64,000 bases of DNA from Nitrospirota bacterium. Its GTDB lineage: Bacteria; Nitrospirota; Thermodesulfovibrionia; Thermodesulfovibrionales; UBA9159. Each line of letters opens with the position of its first letter. Within the stretch, counting starts at the first letter, position 1. The stretch covers positions 416,001 through 480,000 of the forward strand of contig CAVOUE010000005.1 in NCBI GenBank assembly GCA_963699545.1, read 5' to 3'. Positions 1-9,053 of the stretch are shown here, in pieces. The notes below the pieces were generated by a model, which was not told the origin of the DNA, searched no databases, and saw only the letters and a list, made by a program, of their open reading frames with translations. A program made the translations under genes and the position numbers.

Positions 1-2321
1 TTCTTTCAGAGGCGGTCCTCGATCTCGTGAGGGAGGGAAGGTTCGCGGACCTGATCGGAAAAGGGCTTAAGAACCCACCTGTCAATAAGCCGGGGAAAGG
101 CCAATCAGCCCTTCAGACCTCATTCGATCAGATTGTCGGACAGTGGGAGAACGCCTGCAGTCTTATCAACAAATACATTGCCCTCCGCGTCCGGTCCCGT
201 TCCATGCCGTATCTCAAGGTATATGAATCTTTCAGAGAAATCGTCGAATCCGTCAAGAGACGTCAGGGCAAGGTATTCATCGAAGACATAAGCAGAAATC
301 TTGCCGAATACCTTAACGAGGAAATCGTCCCGGACATCTATTTCAGGATCGGAGAGACAATCTACCACTTCCTGATCGACGAATTCCAGGACACTTCCCT
401 CATTCAATGGCACAACCTTTTCCCCCTTTTCGAGAACGCTCTGTCTCAGGGTGGAAGCCTCTTCGTCGTAGGCGACACCAAACAGGCAATCTACGGCTTC
501 CGCAACGCCGACTACACGATCATGAGAGAGTCCGAGCGCACCAACCCCTTCCCTTCCGCCAGGCATTACGTAAAGGAACTTACGACAAGTCGCAGAAGCC
601 TCAAGAAGATCCTTGACTTCAATGAGAAGGTATTCAAGGAGATCGTGGCGGGAAATGACAAATACAAGGAGGCAGGGACCAGAAGCGGGCTGACCGACTA
701 CGTCCAATGCGCCAGAGATGGCAGCTCCCAGGGATACTGCGAAGTGGTGCTGCAGGAAAGGGATGACGAAACCCCTCCAGAGCGGCGCGTCATACAGGAC
801 CTTGTCGCAGAACTTAGATCGCGAGGGTTCAGCTATGGCGACATAGCCATACTGACCCGGAGAAATGAAGACGTCGTAAAGACCACCCTTTGGCTGAACG
901 AGAAGAACATCGACTTCATTTCTTACAGCAACCTCGACATACGGAGAAGGAAGATAACCGGCGAGATAGTCGCGCTTCTGAACTTCCTTGATTCGCCCAT
1001 GGATGACCTCTCTTTTTCTACCTTCATAAACGGAGAGATCTTCGGCGCCTTGCTGCGTACGGACCATCCTGAGATCACTCCGGAGAGACTCGGGGAGTTC
1101 CTCTTTGGATATAGAGAGAGCCCTCCACTCTACAAGTCCTTCCAGAAAGAGTTCTCTCTTCTATGGGAGAAATACTTCGCCGGCCTTTTCAAGGCCTCAG
1201 GATATTTCCCGATCTACGACCTTGTGACAGAGGCTTACGCTGTCTTCAGGGTCTTTGAGACACTGGGGGACGAGGAGGCAGCACTTGTGAAGATCCTCGA
1301 AGCGGTCAAGGAGTTCGAGGGGGCCGGATACAACAGCATCAGGGACTTCCTTGACTTCGCAGGCGACAGCGACAGCGGCGAGTCAGAGTGGAATATGGAC
1401 GTCCCCAAGACCCTGGACGCTGTCAAAGTGATGACGATTCACAAGGCAAAGGGCCTCGGATTCCCCGCAGTCATTGTCCTTCTCTATGAAGGCCGGAACA
1501 GGGGGTTTGACTACATCATAGAGGAGGAAGAAGATGGGGTGCGGCTGCTCAAGATCAACAAGAAGACCATGGTCAGCGATCCCACTTTCGAGAGGCTCTA
1601 TGAAGAGGAAGCGACAAAGGAAAATGTGAACAGGCTCAATAGCCTGTACGTCGGATTCACGCGGGCAAAAGAAGAGCTCTACGTAATCGGCGTAAAGGGC
1701 AGAAGCGAGACATTTCCGTTCGATCTCCTTCCCGCAAGCGACTTTGCAGCCACGGTAAAACCTGACAGATGTGACATTCCTGCCGCAAAATCTTCTGAGG
1801 TCTTCAGTGTAAGACATCACCCTAAGCAGATAGAGGCAGAGGTCAGAACGGACGAGATGATCAGCGTCGGAGAGAGAGCGAGGGGAGAATTCATCCACAG
1901 GGTTCTTTACCACGTCGAATATCTGCACGATGACATGGAAAGCGTGCTTGAGGACATCATCAGAAGAGTCACTTCCGAAACAGCATCAGAGTCAGCCGCA
2001 GAGGGAGTAAAAAAGCTTCTTCTTCGCCTCTTCGGACGCAAGGAGATAGCGACCTACTTCGAACCCCGTCCCGGGAGAGAGGTGAAAAGGGAGCAGGAAT
2101 TCTCGGATGAAGAGGGACATCTCTTCAGGATGGACAGAGTCGTGATCGACCCGGACAGGGTTACGATCTTGGATTTCAAGACCGGGGGAGAAGGTTGGGC
2201 TGATGAGAAATACAGGGCACAAATGAGAAAATATATGAAGATCGCGAAGGACATTTATCCCGGTAGACGCCTGGAAGGCAGGATCGTTTATATAGACCTC
2301 GGAGAGATCAGGACATTATGA
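1..2321 (+). CDS. UvrD/AddA-like ATP-dependent helicase with C-terminal PD-(D/E)XK nuclease (5' partial)
   Basis: SF1 motifs LIDEFQDTS, VVGDTKQAIYGFRNA, VMTIHKAKGLGFP, LYVGFTRAKEEL; C-terminal MDRVV...ILDFKTG nuclease motif; frame open to window start. Confidence 0.9.
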   Translation, partial: LSEAVLDLVREGRFADLIGKGLKNPPVNKPGKGQSALQTSFDQIVGQWENACSLINKYIALRVRSRSMPYLKVYESFREIVESVKRRQGKVFIEDISRNLAEYLNEEIVPDIYFRIGETIYHFLIDEFQDTSLIQWHNLFPLFENALSQGGSLFVVGDTKQAIYGFRNADYTIMRESERTNPFPSARHYVKELTTSRRSLKKILDFNEKVFKEIVAGNDKYKEAGTRSGLTDYVQCARDGSSQGYCEVVLQERDDETPPERRVIQDLVAELRSRGFSYGDIAILTRRNEDVVKTTLWLNEKNIDFISYSNLDIRRRKITGEIVALLNFLDSPMDDLSFSTFINGEIFGALLRTDHPEITPERLGEFLFGYRESPPLYKSFQKEFSLLWEKYFAGLFKASGYFPIYDLVTEAYAVFRVFETLGDEEAALVKILEAVKEFEGAGYNSIRDFLDFAGDSDSGESEWNMDVPKTLDAVKVMTIHKAKGLGFPAVIVLLYEGRNRGFDYIIEEEEDGVRLLKINKKTMVSDPTFERLYEEEATKENVNRLNSLYVGFTRAKEELYVIGVKGRSETFPFDLLPASDFAATVKPDRCDIPAAKSSEVFSVRHHPKQIEAEVRTDEMISVGERARGEFIHRVLYHVEYLHDDMESVLEDIIRRVTSETASESAAEGVKKLLLRLFGRKEIATYFEPRPGREVKREQEFSDEEGHLFRMDRVVIDPDRVTILDFKTGGEGWADEKYRAQMRKYMKIAKDIYPGRRLEGRIVYIDLGEIRTL

Positions 2322-5158
2322 CCAACACGCTGATCATAGGCCCACAGGAAAACCTCATCGAGAGGACAGCAAGCCTTATAGGCCCTCAAGGGAAAGACTA
2401 CTCTCACAACCTTGTCGTGTTTCCGGGCAGAAGACCGGCGCATTTCCTTCGAAGGGAGTTAGCACAAAGGGGAAAGGGTAGCTTCATACCTCCCTTAATT
2501 CTGTCCATGGACGGATTCATGGATTACGTTACGGAAGCCGTACACCCCGTGAGGAGTGTGGAGACAGTCGATGCCATTGCCATCCTCTACCAGATCCACA
2601 GGAGCGCCCCGGAACCCCTCGGTGGAGAAAGCTTCCTCACCCTCGATAGTTTCTTTTCTCTTGGAATAAAGCTTTTCACGGACATTGAGGAGCTCTATAT
2701 TGAGGGGGTGCCTCCTGCCATGGTAAAGGAAATCCAGCCCTTCACTGATGAAATGATACCCAAGCATGCACTGGCGAGGCTGCAATCACTTCATTTCTTC
2801 TACAAGACCTTTTACGAGAAGATTTCCCAATTGGGTATGGCGACAAGATCCATGAGATACCGCATGGCAGCGGAGAAGATCCTCGAAAGCGGCATTGACA
2901 GGTTTGAAAAGGTGATATTCGCGGGATTCTATGCGTTGACCAGGTGCGAGAAGGATCTCTTCAGGAAGCTGCTACCGAGCGAAAAAGTAATCTTCATATT
3001 CCAGGATGGTCCTGGTCTGGGAGAGCGATTGTCGGAACTGGGAATAGAGACCGGGGATGCCCAACCCTCTCATCCTGAACCGGAAATCCATTTTTACAGC
3101 AGCCCCGATACCCATGGCCAGGTCTTCGCCCTTGGAAGCATTCTCAAGAGAAAACTCGGAGAAGAAAGGATTGCCCGACGAAAAAACTACAATAGTACTG
3201 CCGTCTGCGGAGACCCTCTTCCCCCTTCTCCGGCAGGGGATGACATGTATAGACAAGGACGACTTCAACATTTCTCTCGGATATCCATTGCACAGGACGC
3301 CGGTCTTCGGCTTTCTTAATAATCTCATGGAATTGACTGGTTCCATGGAAGATGACCGTATTTACGTCCCTGACTATATGAAGTTCATACTGCACCCGTA
3401 CATGAAGAATATTTACTACAAGGGAAACGCCGAGATCACGAGGATTATGTTTCACACCATAGAGGAGATACTCCAAGAATCCAGGACCAGGATGTTCGCA
3501 ACACTGTCGGAGATAGAAAACAACGAAAAGATACTCAACGGCATCACTGAAAAGCTTCGCCAGGAAGAAGAAGGCATGACCAGGGCGGAGATTCAGGGAA
3601 CACTATAAGGATGGTCCATCTCAACACAATTGAGAAATTTCTGTCCTTCAGGGATATCGGGGACTTCGCCGCAAAATGCACCGAACTTCTCACCTTTGTC
3701 TTCAACAACAGTACGGCCACGACTTCATCCCCTCTTCTACCCTTTTTCGGAGTCCTTCATAAGAGCCTTGGACACAGTCTCCAAATCCTTGATGAAGGAC
3801 ATGTCGTTCACGGATAGGACAAGCTATTTCACATTTTTTAGAAAATACATTATGACGGGTCACGTGCCCTTTCCCGGCACTCCTCTTAAGGGTATCCAGA
3901 TCCTCGGTTTCCTTGAAACGAGAAACATCAGGTTTGACACTGTTTTTATTCTCGATGCTAATGAAGAGGTGATCCCAGACACCTCCAAAGAAGATACGCT
4001 TCTGCCTTTCAAGGCACGAGAAATCCTGAAACTGCCGACCTATCTGGACAGGGACAAGCTGTCGGCCTACTATTTCGACAATCTCGTAAGAGGCGCAAAG
4101 GATGTCCACATTTTCTTTGTAGAGAATGATACGCAGGGAGAGATCACGCTTCGTAGAAAGTCTCCTATGGGAAAGACAGAAAAGGGACAGATCTACCAGG
4201 GCAAGTGACTATGTGCAGGCTGTCCAGTACAGGGTCAAGCTCGGGAACGATACCCCCGCCGGCATTCCTAAAACCGACAGGGTAGTCAGCTTCTTGAAAG
4301 ATTTCACATACAGTGCCACGGCCCTTGACACATATCTCGATTGCCCGCTTCAGTTCTACTACAGCTACGTACTTGATCTCGGGAAAAAGGAGGAGATCAC
4401 AGGGGAAATCGAAAGAGCCGATGTCGGCAAGTTCGTCCACCGCGTCCTTTCATCATATTTCTCAAAAAGGCTGAATAGAGTTCTAAAAGAAGCGGATATC
4501 GACTTGGAGGAGATGGACAGATTTGATCGATGATCTTTTCGGCAGGGAATACGGCGATAACCCTACCGGAGCCGTATACCTTCTGAAAGCCCAGATCAAA
4601 GAACATCTTAGAGACTATCTCAGCAAGTACCGCATACCTCTTATCAAAGAGAAGAAAGTGACGATTATCGGAGTGGAAGAGCCTATCGAAGCGACTCTAA
4701 ACTCCTACAAGCTCAAAGGTCGGCTGGACGTAGTCGAAAAAAGAGATGGCAATATCTGCATAGTTGATTATAAAAGCGGTTCCTATGCAAAGAACCTAAA
4801 GATCAACTTCAACAAGCTTGATCCTGACAGCAGGGCTTCCTGGGATGAAGCGATCGGAAGCCTCCAGCTTCCTTTTTATCTCATTCTGTACTCTGAGCGC
4901 CACGGCATAAAAATAGAGGACCTGAGAGGAATGTTTTTGCTCCTTGGCCGGTCCTTGATAAACAAAGAGATTGAACTTCCTTTGTTCGATACAGACGATG
5001 AGAGTTCGAAGTTCGACGGATTAAGAACAGTAATTTTGGGTCTTCTGGAAGAGATAGTTGACTCGGCGATCCCGTTTGTCGCCACTTCGAATAGAAAGAA
5101 CAGTTGCCCGAAGTGCGACTTCCAGTACATTTGCGGAACACAATGGGTAACTGGTTAG
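2318..5158 (+). CDS. AddB-like inactivated helicase / PD-(D/E)XK Fe-S nuclease, split over six ORF fragments by frameshifts
   Basis: Overlaps addA-like stop (ATGA); LVVFPGRR N-terminus; GFLETRNI; SATALDTYLDCPLQFYY, GRLDVV...IVDYKSG and CPKCDFQYIC (Fe-S staple); fragments 2318-3319, 3057-3608, 3611-3817, 3630-4208, 4126-4533, 4523-5158 join by +1 shifts. Confidence 0.85.
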
Positions 5159-5450
5159 ATTTCAGGAAGTTCTCCTGCGTGATGGCGTTTCTGGGGAGGC
5201 CAGCGGGCTCATATTAACAGAAGTTCCTTCCAAGGAACAACCGGGGGATATCATGCACCGAATGCCCGGCTTGCATTCATTACAGCTTATTCTTGCATCC
5301 ATGAAGGAACTGGCAGACAAGGGAACCCATTCGCCCGCTGCCGTGGGTCATGCAGACCCGGCCTGTTCACTGGAAACTCCCGCCTCTTCCCCCTTTTCGG
5401 CATTGTTGCGGACCTCCTGGAATTCATATATAATGGTCATCAAGGTGGGC

Positions 5451-6779
5451 ATGGCGGGTTCGAAACCATACAAAGAAGGCACGATTGAGTCCATTAAGAA
5501 AAAGATCCGCATCGTAAACTCACTAGTGTTGCTCGTCATCTTTGTCCTCCTCTTTGTAATCGTCAGGTTCACGTATTCATTCCTTGATTACGTCCCCTCA
5601 CAGTCCCTGATTACCCTCCTGTCCATCACTGCAGGCCTGATTTTCCTCGGCATTCTTCTGATAAGAAATGCGTCAAGGAATGCGATCAAAGCGATAGAAG
5701 ATTACAGCCATACGTTGACAACCCTCCTTGCTACCGCAAAAAATGTGCACGAGATAGCCCATAGTGACACGCTCCTGGACAATATCATGGATGTTTCTCT
5801 TGATATTACCGGTGCGGATGCGGGCTCCATCCTCCTCCGTGAAGGGGAGGACCTTGTTTTCAAGATAGTGAAGGGAGGTGCATCAAAAGAACTCCCCAGA
5901 TTATCATCCCCCAGGTCTGAGGGTATCGCGGGCTGGGTGCTGGACAACGGCAGTCCCGTAAGGATCGAAGATGCAAAAAACGACAGCAGGTTCGCTCCCT
6001 CAGTGGACAGGATAGCCGATCATGATACGAAGTCGCTGCTCTGCGTCCCCCTGCGCCTGAACACGGGAATCATCGGGGTGCTGGAGCTGGTGAACAAGAA
6101 AGAAGGCACCTTTACGCAGGAGGATGAGGAGTTCATTTCGTACTTCGCCGAGCAGGCCGCCGTATCCATCGAAAGGACAAGGTTTGCTGAGGATGAGAAG
6201 AACTATCAGATCTATCTTACCAAGATTCTCATCGATGCCATGGAGAATAGGCCTGAAAAACAAGGACATTCCAGGCGGGTTGCAAAATACACTAATTTGA
6301 TGGCCCATGCCCTGAACATGACGGAGTCCGAGAAAAAGAGGTTGTACCAGGCATCCCTGCTCCATGATATCGGCTTCCTGAAGATCGGACATGACGTGGT
6401 ATCCATTGAGGAATTTCAGAGACACCCCCGTCTTGCATACGAAATGCTTCAGCCGATCAATTTTTACGCGGATATCGCGCCCATCATTCTCTATCATCAT
6501 GAGCGATATGACGGCGGCGGATACCCCACGGGGCTGAAAGGAGAGTCGATTCCCCTGGAGTCGAGGATGATCTGTATCGCTGAAGCATTTGACGCAATAG
6601 TGAGCGGCAACTCATATAAGATCGTCGGCAAAGTGATCCTTCAGAACGTGGAGCCCGCGGTCACTGGATTTCAACATGCCCTTGATGAATTGAGAGAGAA
6701 TGCCGATACGCAGTTCGATCCCGAACTGGCGGATATCTTCCTGACGAACATCAGTGAAGAGTATGCTGAACTAACGTAG
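5451..6779 (+). CDS. Membrane-anchored GAF + HD-GYP domain protein (probable c-di-GMP phosphodiesterase)
   Basis: Two hydrophobic segments, GAF (GSILL..GIAGWV..SLLCVPL..GVLELVNK), HDIG and HHERYDGGGYPTGLKG; start placed at ATG 5451 rather than 5253. Confidence 0.85.
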   Translation: MAGSKPYKEGTIESIKKKIRIVNSLVLLVIFVLLFVIVRFTYSFLDYVPSQSLITLLSITAGLIFLGILLIRNASRNAIKAIEDYSHTLTTLLATAKNVHEIAHSDTLLDNIMDVSLDITGADAGSILLREGEDLVFKIVKGGASKELPRLSSPRSEGIAGWVLDNGSPVRIEDAKNDSRFAPSVDRIADHDTKSLLCVPLRLNTGIIGVLELVNKKEGTFTQEDEEFISYFAEQAAVSIERTRFAEDEKNYQIYLTKILIDAMENRPEKQGHSRRVAKYTNLMAHALNMTESEKKRLYQASLLHDIGFLKIGHDVVSIEEFQRHPRLAYEMLQPINFYADIAPIILYHHERYDGGGYPTGLKGESIPLESRMICIAEAFDAIVSGNSYKIVGKVILQNVEPAVTGFQHALDELRENADTQFDPELADIFLTNISEEYAELT

Positions 6780-6906
6780 CCCCTTCTGAGTCCTCCTCCT
6801 TCGAAAATCTTCCTCTTTTTTTGCAGATCTGCTAAAGCGGAGGGTTTTTTCTCAGTTTTGCGAAAGCGAGCTTCCTGGAAAGTATTTAAAAACAATGGAA
6901 TTGAGC

Positions 6907-6922
6907 TGGCATGGAACCTGCT
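6907..6922 (+). promoter_or_regulatory. sigma54 (-24/-12) promoter
   Basis: TGGCATGGAACCTGCT; GG and GC start 12 nt apart; about 40 nt upstream of 6962. Confidence 0.7.
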
Positions 6923-6961
6923 TTGTATAGTAATGAAGTCAAAAGGAAGGAGGACAAGGAG

Positions 6962-7276
6962 ATGAAAAAAGAGATGGCAAGAAAGATGGCATACATAGGG
7001 GCAGGTGCAGGACTGGTGCTTTTTGCGGTAGTGGGGCTGCTGCCCGGTTCTTTTCTTGGCGGAGTAGTGGGGTTGAACATAGCGGGGAGCCTTTTTGGGA
7101 TGCCGGTGAGTTCGGCGCTTGTGCCGAGACTGATCGTAGGCATATCGATGCTTATGGGAGTACTGGTATCAGGCATCATCTTCATATCGGGCGCAACAGT
7201 GGCAGGCTGGCTTATCGGGTATGTGATTGATACTTTGACGGCAGGCAAGACAGTGACCGCAGAGGTCAAGAAATAG
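6962..7276 (+). CDS. Small Gly-rich hydrophobic membrane protein (paralog 1)
   Basis: GGAGG/AAGGAG RBS before ATG 6962; almost entirely hydrophobic; LPGSFLGG motif shared with next gene. Confidence 0.8.
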   Translation: MKKEMARKMAYIGAGAGLVLFAVVGLLPGSFLGGVVGLNIAGSLFGMPVSSALVPRLIVGISMLMGVLVSGIIFISGATVAGWLIGYVIDTLTAGKTVTAEVKK

Positions 7277-7330
7277 ATACGGAGTACTCCGGGATACCCG
7301 GAGAGGAATATTAATAAGGAGGGCAAGACG

Positions 7331-7666
7331 ATGAAAGCAAGGAAAGAGATGGTAAGGATGGGGACGAAGGTGGGAGCAGTACTGGGAGGGATCGCATTTC
7401 TGGCATTCGGGATCGTACCGGGGTTTTACTTTGGCAGTTACGGGACGCTGGTACTTCTGAACCACCTGTTCGGAGGGCCGCTGGAGGCATCAGTGCTGGT
7501 GAGGGTAGCGGTGGCAATGGGAGTGCTGGTAGGTATCACCTGCATAGCATCGGTGACCATCGTGGTGGGAGCCATATTCGGGACGATGGTGGGCTATCTG
7601 ACCGAGGCGCTCTCAAGCGCCGGTGCGAAGGCCCCTGCAGAGGAAGCACACGTCAAGGCTGAATAA
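7331..7666 (+). CDS. Small Gly-rich hydrophobic membrane protein (paralog 2)
   Basis: AAGGAGG RBS; VPGFYFGS motif; same topology as 6962-7276. Confidence 0.8.
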   Translation: MKARKEMVRMGTKVGAVLGGIAFLAFGIVPGFYFGSYGTLVLLNHLFGGPLEASVLVRVAVAMGVLVGITCIASVTIVVGAIFGTMVGYLTEALSSAGAKAPAEEAHVKAE

Positions 7667-7695
7667 CCTTCCGCGTACCGATAACAACCGTCCGA

Positions 7696-7738
7696 AAGGA
7701 GAGGCCCTCGCCTCTCCCTTCGGTTACTTGTTTTTTTT
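7696..7738 (+). terminator. Intrinsic terminator
   Basis: GGAGAGGC-CCTC-GCCTCTCC hairpin followed by a T-rich tract. Confidence 0.55.
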
Positions 7739-7747
7739 GGGGGAGAT

Positions 7748-8017
7748 ATGTCACGAATGAACTGCTGGGAATTCAAGAAGTGCGGGAGAAACAAAAAGAA
7801 CGAACTCGGCATTTGTCCTGCGGTGACCGAGGTCAGGGCTCACGGAGTGAACGGCGGTCGGAACGCGGGGAGAGTCTGCTGGGCAGTTGCCGGGACATAC
7901 TGCGCAGGAGAAGTTCAGGGCGTCTATGCGCAAAAGCTCACCACATGCGTGGCATGCGATTTTCGTCTGAAGGTGCAGGAAGAGGCGTCCTATAAGTTCG
8001 AGCCGATCTTCATTTGA
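7748..8017 (+). CDS. two-CW domain Cys-rich protein
   Basis: NCWEFKKCGR..CPA..GGRNAGRVCWAVAGTYC..CVACDF signature. Confidence 0.8.
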   Translation: MSRMNCWEFKKCGRNKKNELGICPAVTEVRAHGVNGGRNAGRVCWAVAGTYCAGEVQGVYAQKLTTCVACDFRLKVQEEASYKFEPIFI

Positions 8018-8207
8018 GCTTTGGTTCTGACCGGGAGGTGAGGGAAAATCGAACATGCATTTTCATAATTTCTTCACATTTGCGAGTTAACCTACCAGTA
8101 ACTTCTCCACCCTCCGGCAGCCAAGGACCCCCCTCCTTGGCTGCCTTTCATTTTTTGAGGGCAACTTCCTGCTCCCGGTGATACGGTACAACGCCAAAGA
8201 CAGTGGC

Positions 8208-8624
8208 TCATTCCCCGATAATCTTTACCAGCACCCGCTTCTTCCGTCTTCCGTCGAACTCCCCATAGAATATCTGCTCCCACGGGCCGAGATCGAGGGT
8301 TCCCGCGCTTACCGCCACCACAGTCTCTCTCCCCATGATCTGCCTTTTGAGATGGGCATCGGCATTATCCTCTCCGGTATTATGCAGGTACTGCGAAACA
8401 GGCTCATGGGGGGCAAGTCTTTCGAGCCACACGTCAAAATCCTTGTGGAGTCCGGATTCGTCGTCATTCACAAAGACGGATGCGGTGATATGCATGGCAT
8501 TTACAAGAACAATCCCTTCCCTGATACCGCTTTCCCTCAGGCACTCCTCAACCTGCGGGGTAATGTTGATGAAGGCCCTGCGGGAAGGCACGTTGAACCA
8601 GAGTTCCTTTCGATAGCTTCTCAT
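8208..8624 (-). CDS. yjbQ: YjbQ/UPF0047 family protein
   Basis: [38 protein letters not shown]. Confidence 0.9.
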   Translation of the reverse strand: MRSYRKELWFNVPSRRAFINITPQVEECLRESGIREGIVLVNAMHITASVFVNDDESGLHKDFDVWLERLAPHEPVSQYLHNTGEDNADAHLKRQIMGRETVVAVSAGTLDLGPWEQIFYGEFDGRRKKRVLVKIIGE

Positions 8625-8836
8625 CGCTTCCTCCTTTAGTGTACTCGCACCATAGTGCAGCCCCTGTTCATTTCATTGCCGCTATTAGCCTAACCGCAGA
8701 AGGCGTTGAGTTTCAAGGCGCAGGCGGAGGGAATCGGCGAAAAAATCCGCGCGTTGTCTTCTTCGTCCCTCTTCGATTACAATGAAAGCAACGATCACCG
8801 TATGGAGAACGGGACGAAGAAACTCAGGGAGGTCTC

Positions 8837-9040
8837 ATGACTGACATAACGATCAAGGTCGAAGGGATGACCTGCATGCACTGCGTGATGCGGGTAAAGA
8901 AAGCCGTCGAAAGCGTAAGGGGCGTTCAAAGCTCCGATGTGCAGATCGGGACGGTGAAGGTCACCTTTGATGAGGCAGCGGTGAAGAAGGAAGATATCGA
9001 GCAAGCGATTACCAGCGCGGGATATAAGGTGGCGGCCTGA
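8837..9040 (+). CDS. Heavy-metal-associated (CopZ-like) metallochaperone
   Basis: GMTCMHC motif, AITSAGY end, 67 aa, GGAGG RBS. Confidence 0.85.
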   Translation: MTDITIKVEGMTCMHCVMRVKKAVESVRGVQSSDVQIGTVKVTFDEAAVKKEDIEQAITSAGYKVAA

Positions 9041-9053
9041 CCCCGGAGAAGGC

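Noticed and set aside
5198-5342. 6S RNA or known riboswitch call for the long hairpin
   Set aside because: Could not match conserved sequence motifs of 6S or of c-di-GMP/c-di-AMP aptamers; kept only as an unassigned structure.
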